Source: Octopus sinensis
Taxonomy: Eukaryota
DNA: 64,000 bases
Assembly: GCF_006345805.1 (NCBI RefSeq)
Contig: NW_021836134.1
Location: 186,001-250,000, forward strand
Direction: 5' to 3'
Part shown: in pieces, positions 38,145-51,179 of the stretch
Numbering within the stretch: the first letter of the stretch is position 1
How the letters are laid out: each line of letters starts with the position of its first letter
The notes under the pieces: generated by a model
Database searches by the model: none
What the model saw: only the letters and a program-made list of their open reading frames with translations
What the model was told of the DNA's origin: nothing
Program-made: the position numbers and the translations under genes

Positions 38145-39728
38145 TGTCACATGGGCGACTATGTCGCTATGGGCAGCCAGTCCTTTTACGTGTTTCTATG
38201 GAAACCGCAGAAAAGGTATTAAATATTGAATATAGCAATTTATATATGGAAGAGTGTAGATTAATCAATTATTCTAATTTAAAATTACATTTGAATTATT
38301 TTTTAAAAATGGCTTACCCAAAAGTATATTAATTTTAACAGCGTGGTTAGTCACACTTTGTGATGTCTGGGTTTAAGCGTTACGTCAGAAATTTTAACGA
38401 ATACAATCAAATTAAGGAAGCGTTAATCGGGATATTCCCGGAGGATATGAATGCTCGAAGCAAACACCGGTTGGCCAAAAAGGCTTCCAATTTTTGTCAA
38501 AAATGTCTGAAGAATCGTCAGCATAAACATCATTTAATTTCGAGTTAGAGTTTGGGTTAAGGTTAGGGTTAGATTTTGAATATTTATGTTGTCACTTGCC
38601 AACGTTAGGGTTTGGGTTAAGGTTAGGGTTAGATTTTGAATATATTTATGTTGTCACTTGCCAACGTTAGGGTTTGGGTTAAGGTTAGAGTTAAAGTTGC
38701 TACAAACTTTGCAAAAAATTTGATGTAAATTATAATTTGCTAATGTTGCAATTTATATTATCAAAAATAAAAATAATTCACATTATAATTTGCTAATGTT
38801 GTAAATAATTTTACTATTTTAAAGCAAGCATGGTTCAAATATAAAACATCATTTTCTCAAAAATTTGAAGTTCAATCATTAGTTCGTGACATTTCATCGA
38901 AACCTGCCTTATCCGAACAAAGGATTATATCATATATGAATACAGTGGAGCAATGGTGCGATGAAAATATGTTCATTATTGCGCGTGAGAAGTCCGCATT
39001 ACTGAGAATCACAGAAAGCAGAAATTTAATAAATTTACCGTGCCTGATCAAGAACATACCTCGACAAAACTCAATTAAATATCTTGGCTTGTTCATCGAT
39101 GAAAAGGGAAACTATCTCGAAAACGCAAAATTAAGTAAAAGGAAAGCAACTAATGCTCTGTTCTGCCTGAGGAAGTTAAATTTGGAGCCTGATACTTTCC
39201 TCTACGTTTTCAATACGGTGATCCTACCGGGACTACTATACGGAAAAGAGGGATGGTACTTCTCTAAAAAGAAGGACACCATCTTAACTAAATTTGAAAA
39301 GTCTCGCAGGCTCGCTTTGAAGCTTGCTTACCACCAAAAAGTTGAAGATCCAATCCCCCTGTGGCTTGAAAGTAAATCCTCCATGGTCGGTGAAACTGTC
39401 GAAAAAGCTATAAGTGGTTATAAATCCAACTCAATTGTCACTGGGACGTACCTGCAGAGGTAGAAAAGAAAAAAAAAAAAATTTACTTGAGGGGGTCTCT
39501 TCTTTTTTCTGGGAAGAAGTCGATAGGGTAGTCCTATTGTTTCATTATACAAACTCCCCCCTTTAACCCTTCTCTGTTTCCAATAAAACTTCCTATTCTA
39601 TTCCTATTCATTAGTTCGTATCGTTTGCCTTTATATTAGTTGGCCTTTTAGTAAATATTTGCTATGCTGTTGCCATGGAAACACGTAAAGGCCAGGCTGC
39701 CCATAGGGGTCTGATCACCCATGTGACA
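38145..39728 (-). mobile_element. Second, inverted copy of the telomere-repeat MITE (2 repeat cores), interrupted by a LINE
   Basis: Reverse-complement match to 30780-33865 along its length. Perfect TSD TAATA at 38140-38144 and 39729-39733. Confidence 0.93.
38888..39607 (+). mobile_element. 5'-truncated L2/CR1-like LINE
   Basis: IKYLGLFID, FNTVILPGLLYG, (CTATT)n-type tail. 12-bp TSD TCATTAGTTCGT at 38876-38887 and 39608-39619. Confidence 0.88.
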
Positions 39729-40369
39729 TAATATTTAGTTAAATAATAAAACGAACTTGAAGAGAGTGTGCACTTAACAGTTTTTAAAAAACACTTAAAT
39801 AGTTATAAGAAAATTAACACAATCGTTAACATAATTTACCATCCAGAAAGCTTAAGAATCACAATATCTTTTTGAATCGGGTTGGACATTTGCCAGCCTC
39901 ATCAATGCCGCTGCGGGGCCCATATAGACCGACAAACCTGCTCTCTTGTCGTGAAAACACCGGGAGAATCACAAGGCACGTGGAGCTTAATATCATCGTA
40001 AAACGTCTACCGGCATCCTCTGCCTGCTCGAGTCCTCTAATCTAAATGATATGCATATTTTCCTAATCTTTTGTGTAAATCTAATGTGTTATTATGTGAC
40101 ATGGCCAACGCGTTACGCATGGGAAACCGGTAACATTTTTTGACCTTGTAGATGTCAAAATTAAATCCTTTGATTATCGCAAATATTATTTTTATCGGCC
40201 AATTATAAAGTTTAACTATTCCTTGTATTGATTTAAATTAGTTTTTGTTCATGTACTTAAATAATTTTAAAAAGTTATTTTTTTTAATGTTGGTAAACCT
40301 AAACTTATTGGAAAATTTTTAGCGTGCTAAATTTGTTTCTTGTAATGGCTTCTTATAGACTCTATAAGA

Positions 40370-41130
40370 AGCCTCTATAATATAGAGGTTATGTCAAAGA
40401 TTCTTCAGAGTATCGAATTTTAAAAGATGCTTTGGAAAATAAATTCCCGAAAGATTTTTCTAGGCAAGCAAAATATAGACTTATAAAGAAATCGAGAATT
40501 TTACAATAATCAATGAAAGGTACTTTAGATTTACAATTAATGCGCAGATTGTATTTCAAATCTGACGATCCAAACCTCGTCATTACTTTGGACAATGAAA
40601 CTGAAATGGAGCATGTAGCTAAATCTTTACACGAATATTCACACGGAGGAATAAACAAGATTGAATATGAGTGTTGACAAAGATACTTCAGTGTTAAAAA
40701 TGACATAATCAGAAAAGGCATTAGAGATTGTGAACTATATGTAAATTTGCCTGTCCATTGAAAGTTTTAATTCTTTTTAATTTTTAATGTAGGTTAGTGA
40801 TATGAATCATCATATTTTTGCTTCTTCTCCGAATGAAAGGTTTCAGCTAGATCTTGTAGATCTAAAAAAGTTTTCAGTTGTAAATAATAATTACAAATGG
40901 ATTTTAACAGTCATCGATGTTTATAGTAGGTTGGTAGTAGGTTTCTCAACAATTTATTCAGATTTGCATTTGTCAGACCACTTTTTCATAAATCTTCAAA
41001 AGAAGTATGCAACAACTTAAGATCACTTTTCTACCTATATGGACCTTGCAAAATTTTGCAATCAGATAATGGTTCAGGATTCAAGAATGTGTCTCTGAGA
41101 GATCTATGCGAAGAGTTCAATGTAGTTAAG
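40370..41130 (+). mobile_element. Ginger-like integrase fragment
   Basis: LHEYSHGG, ERFQLDLVDL, ILTVIDVYSR, ILQSDNGSGFKN. Confidence 0.75.
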
Positions 41131-41319
41131 ATATTCTATCCGACCGCTGAAATAATTAACATTTTATCAAAGTAAATTAAGTTTTTTTTATCAAATAATC
41201 GAGTCGAATCAATCATTTTTATTTAATAGATAAAATATGCTAAAGGAAAGATATGAACGGAACCAATGGCAAGACTAAAAATGATTAATTTTATTTTTTG
41301 TTAAAATGCATTATCAAAG

Positions 41320-42010
41320 GACTACATCCCCTGTCATGCAAAAGGAGTGCTGGCCGTGCTCCCAGACACTCCGCTATCAACGAGACTATTTCGGCTGCGT
41401 TACAAGCAGCTGGATTCCCGACAGAACTGGAACCCGTTGGGCTTGACCGCGGAGACGGTAAACGCCCAGATGGAGTCACCATTTTCCCGTGGAGTAATGG
41501 GAAATGCCTCGCGTGGGACTCCACGTGCACAGACACCTTCTCAAAGACCAATATAGTTGACTCCGCTATCAGTCCAGGCTCAGCCGCTGAGAAGGCTGAG
41601 GTACATAAAGTTCAGAAATATTCCAACCTGTTGGACAACTTCATCTTCTCCCCAATATCCGTAGAAACCTCCGGGGTCATGAGCCAAAAATCGTTCGAAC
41701 TCGTCGGGAAAATCGGGAATCTGATCTCGAGAAGACGGAGAGAGCCTCGGAAGAAGCAATGGTTGTTCCAAAGAATATCCATTGCGATCCTGAGGGGCAA
41801 CGTGAAGAGTTGAAGAAAAAGAAATACTCTTTCCTGGCAGACAGATATCTTTTCCAGCCGATCGCTGTGGAGACTTCCGGAGTCTTTGGATCAGAGAGTT
41901 TTTCGTTCATTCAAAACAATAATTGCTTATGAAAAACAATATTCAACGGTTCTCGATTGCCATCATCCGGGGAAACAGTTTGGCAATCCGCCAGGCTACA
42001 TATCTACCAT
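41320..42010 (+). mobile_element. Two head-to-tail CRE-like 3' fragments
   Basis: LHPLSCKRSAGRAPRH...RPDG...QRISIAILRGN, followed immediately by a second KKYSFLADRYLFQPIAVETSG...IAIIRGN. Confidence 0.85.
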
Positions 42011-42243
42011 ATACATAATACTATTGGAGAATTCATTTTAAAAAATAATTCTTCATTTATAATTGTTTATTACGCACGCAGACGACCTTCCTTGTAGATG
42101 TGAGAAAAAATAAACGAATTTACTTCCTCAAAATAAACGGTTGGAACTGCCAAACCTGGGGAAACATGTATTGGAAGTAATGGAAGAACATGTATTGGAG
42201 GTATTATGTCAGAATCGTTAATGGAGATTTGTATGTTCTAGAA

Positions 42244-44488
42244 CAGGGGTTCTCAAGTGCGGCCCTCGGGGCCGCATGCGGCCCCGAGAATCTTTTTTGC
42301 GGCCCCGACTTCCAAACTTTAAAATAAATTTTGGATATAAAATTAATTGTAAATTAATATTATTAAAGATAATATTTTAACTACACGTGTTTGTAAATAT
42401 ATTTCAGGTTGAGTATTTTTTCATGCCATCAAAGAAATATCGAACATTATCTCAAGAAAATAGAGAATTTCAAATTGAATGGGAAGAAAAGTTTTTTTTC
42501 GTTGAACTGAATGGTAAAGCTGTTTGTTTGATATGCAACTGTGTCATTAATTCATTGAAAAATTATACTATTGAACGTCATTATAAGAAGCACTCCGAAA
42601 TATACAATTTATATCTCGGAGAGTCAAGGAAAAAAAAACTCAATATATTAAAGACGTCATTTAAAAATCAGTCCTCAATATTTAAACCAGTGGAAAATAA
42701 GCATCAGTTATTAACGTCTTATAAAATTAGCCACCTTCTTGCTGTAAATATGAACCTTATTCTGACGGAGAAATTATTAAAACTGCTATTTCCATTTTTT
42801 GTGATGAATGTTGTCCGTCAAATATACAAAATATTGCAAAACGATTACCATTAAGTAATGATACTATTACAAGAAGAATAGAATGTATTTGTGAGGACCT
42901 TGCCCGTCAGCTAATCAAGTTCTTTACTATTAAAAATAATTTTTATAGAACATCGAAAGATTTTTTATATCATTCTTTTGCTGTCGACACGAGTAAAGAT
43001 ATCTCTGATACCGAACAAATGGTCGTATGCATTAGAGGTGTCACTTCGGATTTTAAAATTTCTGAAGAATTTTTTCTCTTCGTTCATTAAAAGGCACTAC
43101 AAAAGGAATGGATGTACTTAACGAATTCCTTGAAAGTATTAAAGAATTTGACATTGATCCTTCCAAAATAATTTCCATATGTACTGATGGGGGGGCGAAT
43201 ATGATTGGTCGTAATAAAGGGTTTCATGGACTTTATTCAGAATGGAGACTTGAAAAAAATCTTGATCCTATATTTTGGCAACATTGTATCATTCATCAGG
43301 AGAATATAATCGCAAAGTCACTTAAAATGCAAAATGTAATAAGTACGGTGTTGTCCATTGTGAATTGGATACGCGGTAAATCTCTCAATCACAGGAGATT
43401 TAAAAAAATGTTAGTGGAAATTGACACAGTGCATAATGATGTGCTTTACCATACCACTGTTCGATGGTTGAGTCGTGCCGCGTGCCTCAAAAGGTATATT
43501 TGCTTGAATAGAAGTTAGATTTTATGAACTACTCCCTCAAATAAGAGAATTTGTTAAAGACCACAAATACCATGATTTGTTGAGCAGTAAAGAGTGGATT
43601 GCCGATTTAGCTTTTTGGGTAGATCTAACCTCTCATTTATCGTCGTTAAATTGTGAATTACAGGGGAAATATAAATTTTGCCATCAACTCTATGGATCTA
43701 TTGCTTCTTTTATATCAAAATTAAAACTTTGGAGGGATCAAATAATGCTCAAAGATACAATTCATTTTACTTGTTTGAGTGAAAATAAAGCTAACGGTTC
43801 ATTTGAAAAATATACTACCATTATCAGTCACCTTATTGTTGAATTTGAAAAACGTTCTAAGGTTTATTAAAATTTAGTTTATTTTAAGAATTTTGATGAA
43901 ATTTTGCCATCAATGAAAATTTTTGCAGCACCATTCAATATAGATCCTAAGAATGCTCCGCCATCACTCCAATTAGAATTGATAGACCTTCAATCAGATG
44001 TGCAATTTACCTCAGTGCAAAAGATTGAAAATTTAATGGAATTTTATAGTTCACTTCCCAAAGAAAAATATCCGAATATACTCATAAATGCTTATAAATA
44101 TGCTTCAATGTTCGGATCCACTTATTTATGTGAGTCAATTTTCAGTAAAATGATTCACATAAAAAATAAATATCGAAATAAATTGACTGATAATCACTTA
44201 TGCCAGCTTTTGCGATCTACATGTGCCTCCTATATTCCGTGTTATGACAAATTAGTTAACAATTAGTTAAAATAGCTAACAATTTTTCGTTTTAGTTAAC
44301 AATTTTTCGTTTTAGTCATTTTCCTTTAATTAATTAAGACTAACTATCTCGGTTTCTGAATAAAAAATGAATCTAAAAAAAAATTAGTTAAAAGTTAATG
44401 AAAGTTTTAATTTAATTTATTCTGCGGCCCCGAAGACAATGGTTAATTATCGATTTGGCCCCGACGTTAAAAAACTTGAGAAACCCTG
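42244..44488 (+). mobile_element. Near full-length hAT (Charlie/Buster-like) transposon, frameshifted
   Basis: TIRs CAGGGGTTCTCAAG / CTTGAGAAACCCTG. Perfect TSD TTCTAGAA at 42236-42243 and 44489-44496. CLIC..RHY..H, ICTDGG, HCIIHQE, VRWLSR, MFGSTYLCESIFS. Confidence 0.96.
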
Positions 44489-44559
44489 TTCTAGAAGACG
44501 ATAAAGAAAACATTGTAACTGACGTACATATTTAAGATTGAAAAAGCTTAGTTGGTCCA

Positions 44560-44790
44560 CTCAACAGCGTGGTCCATTCAGCGAACGGTGACATCAACTA
44601 TTCAATCAACAACAACGTGATTCCGTATTTGGAAACAGAAAAAAAAGCTGTACAAGAACTTGCAAAGAATAATCAGATTGAGAATTCCGCTTTTAAACAT
44701 TGGTATCACAATGCCAAGACTGCAAATATTACCAGTTTTTTGATAAGCCACGAGATTGCAAAAAAGGGAAAACCATTTGATAGACTCAAC
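44560..44790 (+). mobile_element. hAT (ZBED5-like) N-terminal fragment
   Basis: TSFLISHEIAKKGKPF motif. Confidence 0.5.
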
Positions 44791-45939
44791 TAGATTCTAG
44801 TTGATAAATCAATAATAAGATTGTTTGAAGTTTATCGATAAATTGACAGATTAACATTAATTGAAGCTCAGTGTAACGTGCATCGAATAAGTATCATTTG
44901 GCCCATGTCACATATTAAATGACTCACCGTTACAAATGAACAAATGATAACGAAAAAATCGTCAATAGAATAAAAATTTTTAGTACTTAAAAAATGTTAT
45001 GTTTATAAAAATGAAGAAAATTTCAGGCAATTTTACAAAATTGATGCCCCAAATGGAGTTTATACTGTATATAAAAAACTTAGGTGGTCGTGGGAAAACG
45101 ACAAGTATATGAAAAAGTACAAAAAATGATTAAAAATTGAATAAATAAATATTTCAAAAAATATCAGCGTTACAGAAATTTCAAAATGAGTAAAAGAAAC
45201 AAATTATAGGAATAAATTCGAAAAATATCACAAAATGATGAAATTTCAAATAATTTAATCATTAAAAGAAACTGCATCTCGAAATATTCCCACTAAATCA
45301 AATTATATAAAAAATTAAGAAAAGGGTTAACTATATACACAGCAGCACAAGGTGAATCAACTGCGTGCTCACATGTGAAATAATTTATTAGGTTTACCAT
45401 TAAAAATTGAGATAATTAAACAATAATTAATAAAAAATAAACCATATTCTAATTACAACATTGCCACAGTAATTCTTCAAATTACGCAAGGAACTACTGA
45501 GTCGGACATTTGGTTCATGTACCTATTGTATTAACATGGGATTGGCTGGTTACTCAAAAATTCCTACAATCTGCACGTTTTTATCGATCAAGCCTTTTTG
45601 GAATGTTATCACAATCTCAATAAGCAGATTGTGCTCCTCATGTCCGTCTCGTTAGTCTGGACTTTAGTATTTGTATTCACAGAGTAATTCGCACTCTTCG
45701 ACTAAAAAGAATAGATTTTCAACCTTCCAGATTTCGTAATTCCATACTCCCTGCACAACATAGTTTACTTGTCGTCATAAATAGTCACTATTTAGATTCT
45801 CATAATAGTCACTTTTATATATAACAGAATTTATTAAACGAAGATCCAATTTATTAAACGAAGCACTTTTATATATAACACAACTATTCATTCTTCCATA
45901 AACGAAACATTATTTAAAAAACAGGGAACACAGACACAA

Positions 45940-46440
45940 GGCTTTCAATGAAATCGTGAAGGCCGGTCTCAAATCAGCGGGCCATTCCTGTCTCCTCGAA
46001 CCGGTCGAACTCGATCGGTGAGACGGCAAAAGGCCTGACGGGATGACAATATTCCCGTACTCGTCCGGGAAAGCCCTCGTATGGGATGTTACCGTTGTGG
46101 ATACCTTCTCAAAGTCGAGGATCGATTCTTTCGCTGCGAACCCTTGTTCGGCTGCAAACCACGCCGAAAGGATGAAACTACAAAAGTATTCTTCCCTCGC
46201 GAACCGTTGCCGTATTACGCCAATCGCTCTGGAGCCGCGGGAAAGGAGATTGACTTGTTTCTCAGCGAGGTCGGACAGTCCATCGGGAGGAGACTTAAGG
46301 ATCCGAAAGATGGCCTCTGGTTCCGCCAGCGCATCGGTCTGGTCATCGTTCGCGGCAACTCACACTGCGTCCTTGCCGCTGGCACATAATTTTCTATGGG
46401 TGCTGATATTAGCTTTTCCAATAAATGATATTTGAATTTA
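45940..46440 (+). mobile_element. 5'-truncated CRE-like non-LTR retrotransposon
   Basis: RHKAFNEIV, EPVELDR..GKRPDG, WDVTVVDT, QRIGLVIVRGN. Confidence 0.85.
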
Positions 46441-46869
46441 AAAAACCGAGAGGAGTTTCTGGTACAAACACTGTCATTCATGAGTATAAAAGTTTTTTAA
46501 TTTTTTTTAAATGTTACAGAAAGTGAGAGTTTGGATAATTTTTATCCACTATCATCTGAGGATTTAAATGTAGAAAATATTTTGGATGTTTCAGGTAAAT
46601 TTTGTATAAAGTATGCTAGAAAACTTGAATCGTAATGATTTTGTATTGAATCTTTCATCGTATTTTAAACGGAAGAATAGAAAAATGAATGTTCATCAAT
46701 CGAAATACGATTTTTTAATTGGGAATAAAGTATGCTTAGTGAATAATTGATAGGTTCTTCACAAATACGACCTGCTTGCAAACGAACTGTCGGTTTTCTG
46801 TAAAGCAAAAGTAAAGATTATTCCAATTCTCTTAACACGGGATAAAGTTGTCTCAAAGTTCTTTAAAGT

Positions 46870-47550
46870 CATATGGACAATTTATCCATTGAAGAAGGAA
46901 CAAGGACATACATCCAGTCGGTTGTGCTGAAGAGTACGCTAGAGAGTATGGTTATCGAGCACAGACATTGGATGAAAGTAGAGAAGTACGCCTCTGCAGC
47001 CAATCAACTTGCCGAGCTGGCATGTCGTGAGCACACTCAATTGAATAAAATCATTGACGTAGAAATAGAAAATAAAAGGAAGTTCATGGAAAACTCTTCT
47101 TCCAAGCGAAGAAAAGAAATCACTGAAGATCTGGATTACTGAAAAAGCAAAAGCATTTGCATTGAATCTTGGGATTACTGAATTCAAAGGAAGCAAAGGG
47201 TGGCTAGTTAAATTTATAAAGAGAATAGCTTGAAGTTACGTAATATGCATGGAGAATCTGCAACTCCAAATTTTGACCCTAATTTAGTATCAGATTTCAT
47301 TGAATTAATCAAAAATAAAATCAGTCTTTACGGAGCTCAAAATGTTTATAATGCCGATGAAACTGGCTTATTTTACAAAATGATACCGTTTAAAAGTGTT
47401 TGTAAAACCATTAAATCTGGCTATAAAGTCCTAAAAAACAGTTTCAGTCATGTTATGTACAAATGTGGACGGTACAGATAAGCGAACACCCTTACTAATT
47501 AGGTTGTTTGAAAATCTAAGATGTTTCAAGAATTTTGAAATTAAAAAATA
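46870..47550 (+). mobile_element. pogo/Tigger-like transposase remnant
   Basis: EFKGSKGWLVKF (CENP-B HTH), MHGES, YNADETGLFYK. Confidence 0.75.
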
Positions 47551-47557
47551 TGTTATA

Positions 47558-49801
47558 CACCCCTCGACATTAAAATCCGGACAATTAATAAATCGTCATT
47601 TTTATTATTAATTTTGAAAAAAAACCTTTGAGCATAATATTTTTTTCTATATTTTTATATTTAAAAAAATATATGGTACTGTTGGTGATATTCGGGGGAC
47701 AAAATTTGACGATGGCATCTATTAGCTCATCGAAGGAGTTGTCTAAATGGCTCACTTGCCTTCTCCATAAAAATTCTATAAATGTATTAGAAGTATTTAA
47801 TACCTGCAAAATATGCACCCATGAAGTGACGCGGGGTCCCCCTTTGTCTCTTATTGCGCCATTTTGTGCACCCCCACATTCTATATTTTCATAATTATTA
47901 TCTGAACCTCTCAACATTCTGTGTATGTGCACCTGTGCTCGGATCTACAAAATTTCGTCTGCAAATTTATAAACGAATTATGGCCAACTTGTGATTAACT
48001 GTAGGGTGCACATAAGCAAGAGCATTGAGATCTGACGATCTGGCTAATAGAACTGACGATCTGGAAATAAATGTTCGACACCCACTTTAAAAGCACACCC
48101 ATGTTGTATCTTCCTGCTGTTGGAGAAGGGTCATAAAATGTCTGTTTTGACATTTTTTTCTTTGGGAAAGATTCCAACCTCTTGAAGGAAGGCAACTGAC
48201 TCCATTTCAGTACGGGGAAGTTCATAGTCCTTCAGTTTTGCAAATTTTCGCATGACAACTGTATCATTCATCTCCACAAGCCGGTAAAAAATTTAAATTT
48301 TTAAAAAAAAAATTAGAATAAAATTTACAAATTCGGCATAGTTCAATTATTTAAATTTTCGATCTAATATTCATAAAAATTTTCATTAATTCATTTAGAG
48401 GCTATTTTCGTGCAGGATGAAATGCAACAGTACCAAATAGGGAAATGCAACAGTACCAAATATATTTACAAAAGTTTTATAAAACGATATTTAAAAGCAT
48501 AAAACGTGCTTTCAGTAGCGTAAAATTCTGGATACTTTTGTATTATAATTAAAAGAGCTAATTTTTAAAATATTTTAGAAAAAATTAATGGATTCTTTTT
48601 GTAAAGGACAAATTATTTCTTATTACGAGCAAAATTTTTCTTATAGGAGAATTTCTGATATCCTCGGAGTTCCGAAATCGACCGTTTTCGATGTTATTCG
48701 AAAATACATAAACTCAGGAACCATTTATAGAAAAAGTGGGTCTGGAAGACCAACATTACTTAATACAAACGAAATCAAAATATTAGTGGAACTTTCTGAA
48801 GCCAATAGTGAAAAATCTAAAGACCTCGCTCTAGAAATGGAAACCATCACTCAAAAAGTAATTTCCCCGCGAACAATTACCCGCAATTTAAATAAGAATG
48901 GTTTATTTGGAAGAGTAGCAAAGAAAAAACCATTGTTAAGTAAAAAAACATACTCAAAAGATATGAAATATCGAAAATATTCGTTGGTATGTATGATGAA
49001 GGATGGAGATCAGTCATTTTTTCAGACGAATGTACTTTTGAAGTTTATTATGTACCAAAAAGAAAAATAATATGTGACCGAAAAAAGGGAAATGAATTCA
49101 AAAATTCAAATTATCACCCAACTGTTAAGTGTAGTGGCGGCAATATGGTCTGGGGATGCTTTTCATATTTTGGAATGGGTTCGTTATGTTTCATCGATGA
49201 AAAAATAAACTCAGGACAATATATAAACATTCGTGCTAACAATCTGGAAAAATCAGCCATTAAAATGAGATTAAACAGCTTCATATTCCAGCAAGACAAT
49301 GCCCCATGTCATACTTCAAAAGCAACAAAGGAGTATTTTTTTGCAAACAAAATTAATTTACTCCATTGGCCGGCACAATCCCCCAATATGAATCCCATTG
49401 AACACATTTAGTCAAAAATTAAATGTGAATTATCGAGGGATGATACAGAAAATCGACCAAAAAATAAACATCAACAAAAGAATAAAATATTAGAAATTTG
49501 GAATAAAATTCCAATTGATTTTATTCGAAAATTAATAAATTCGATGAAAACTCGTAGTTTAGAGTTATATAAATCGAGAGGAAAGCATATTCCTTACTGA
49601 TATTTTTTGACATTTGTCCGGAATTTTTTGTCTTGAAAAATCGGTTTTTGCTTTATTCTCAATATTTTAAAAAGATTTATGGATAAATATTATAAAATTA
49701 AAAAATATAGATGATATTAGCATGCTTAAGTTTTTAATTTAATAAAATTGATAATAAAAATGACGATTTATTAACTGTCCGGATTTTAATGTCAAGGGGT
49801 G
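47558..49801 (+). mobile_element. Tc1 element with a nested Merlin, frameshifted transposase
   Basis: TIRs CACCCCTCGACATTAAAATCCGGACA.. at both ends with TA flanks. VIFSDE, FQQDNAPCH, SPNMNPIEH. Confidence 0.93.
47675..48457 (-). mobile_element. Internally deleted Merlin (IS1595/ISXO2-like) transposon with three micro-introns
   Basis: TIR GGTACTGTTG / CAACAGTACC (duplicated at one end). 8-bp TSD AAATATAT at 47667-47674 and 48458-48465. Spliced frame TVNHK|RNFVDPSTGAHTQNVER|MWGCTK...AYFA|EFLWRRQ. Confidence 0.9.
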
Positions 49802-50021
49802 TATATTAAAATTCAAAGAGAGCATGAATGGATAGCAGAATTTTTAATCAATTTCAATTAAAATGAGAAATGGAATTGCGAAAACAACATAGAAAAATTA
49901 ATCGTATAAATGTAACTTCAATTCTCTAAAATTTTCTAATATAATTCAAAAAATTAAAGCTGGGACAAACCCCTGCACACAAACAACTAAGCACAAAAGA
50001 TTCAATATTATTCACATATTA

Positions 50022-50534
50022 TGTCACGAGCCCGGCGCGTTACCGAGCCGGACGCGTTACACCTGTGTTTTTTCTGTTAAAATTTTTTTTATCTTTAATT
50101 TGTTAATTTCTTGTCAAATACTATAACTCATTTTAATAAATCAAATAAATTATATTATTTATTTGGCTAGCCTATAATCCAAGAATGAATAAAGAAAATA
50201 AGCGTGTATTTATCTTGTTAATGTCTCGTTCATTCATCAAAAATTCCGAAGAATACGACTTTTTGTGTCATGAAGAGAATGAGCTCTCTTAACGGTATCT
50301 GTTCACTCCCATCGCCGTCGAGACTTCCGGCGTCATCGGCGAATTTTTTTTTTGATTTCGTTATTTTTAAATAAAATTCATCTATTAAAAAATACCAGCT
50401 TCTCTATTTGTCAATTTATAAATTTTTTATTGACAAAATCACCTGAGAAATTAAAGTTGAATTTTATGGTCAATTTTTTTTCTAAGTCCACAGGTGTAAC
50501 GCGTCCGGCTCGGTAGCTTATTCAGCTCGTGACA
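50022..50534. mobile_element. TGT..ACA (Ginger-like) MITE of a second family, containing a ~55-bp CRE fragment
   Basis: TIRs TGTCACGAGC / GCTCGTGACA, 5-bp TSD TATTA. A related solo end lies at 21626-21650. Internal RYLFTPIAVETSGVIGE at ~50292-50345. Confidence 0.85.
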
Positions 50535-51179
50535 TATTATGCTTGGAACAAAATGGAAAGTTCCTTAATTTTAAAGAGAAAGTTGAAAGCTTGACACAAC
50601 CAATAAATAGTTCAGTGTATAATGTAAAAAAGGATAAATAAGAATGAAAAAAATAATAGTTTTTCAGAATAAGAATAATTAAAAGAAACAGATTAAAGGA
50701 TTAAAGGAATAAATAGAAAATTTTAAAAAAAGATAAAATTTCAAATAACTCAATCATTAAAAGAAACTAAATCACAAAAGATTCCTTCTGAACTCAATTA
50801 AATAAAACAAATACAGTTATAAATTAAACTAAGAAAAACCACAAACTAATTTAGGAGCATTCTCACATGTGTGAATTTATTGGGTTTTCCATTAAAAAGT
50901 AAAATTAATTAAATAATCATTAATAAAAAAATTATTGATTATATTCTGAAATTTGCCGCAAAAAATTACTTAACCAAATATGACAATTACGGAGTTTTCA
51001 CTGTATAACTAATATCTATAATCCTAAAGACGATCTAAATTGTGTTGTTTGAAGCGATTTTTTTCGGCAATATTCGAGTATTTTTTCCATCTATCTCCAC
51101 CCAATTATTTAATGTCTTTTAAAGCAATTTTTATAGGTTTCTACTGTGACATGGTTCCAAGTCTTAATAATTAAAGGAG

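Noticed and set aside
45450-45720. Possible piggyBac Cys-rich C-terminal remnant on the minus strand
   Set aside because: Too many stops and no TTAA/TIR found, so it cannot be supported.
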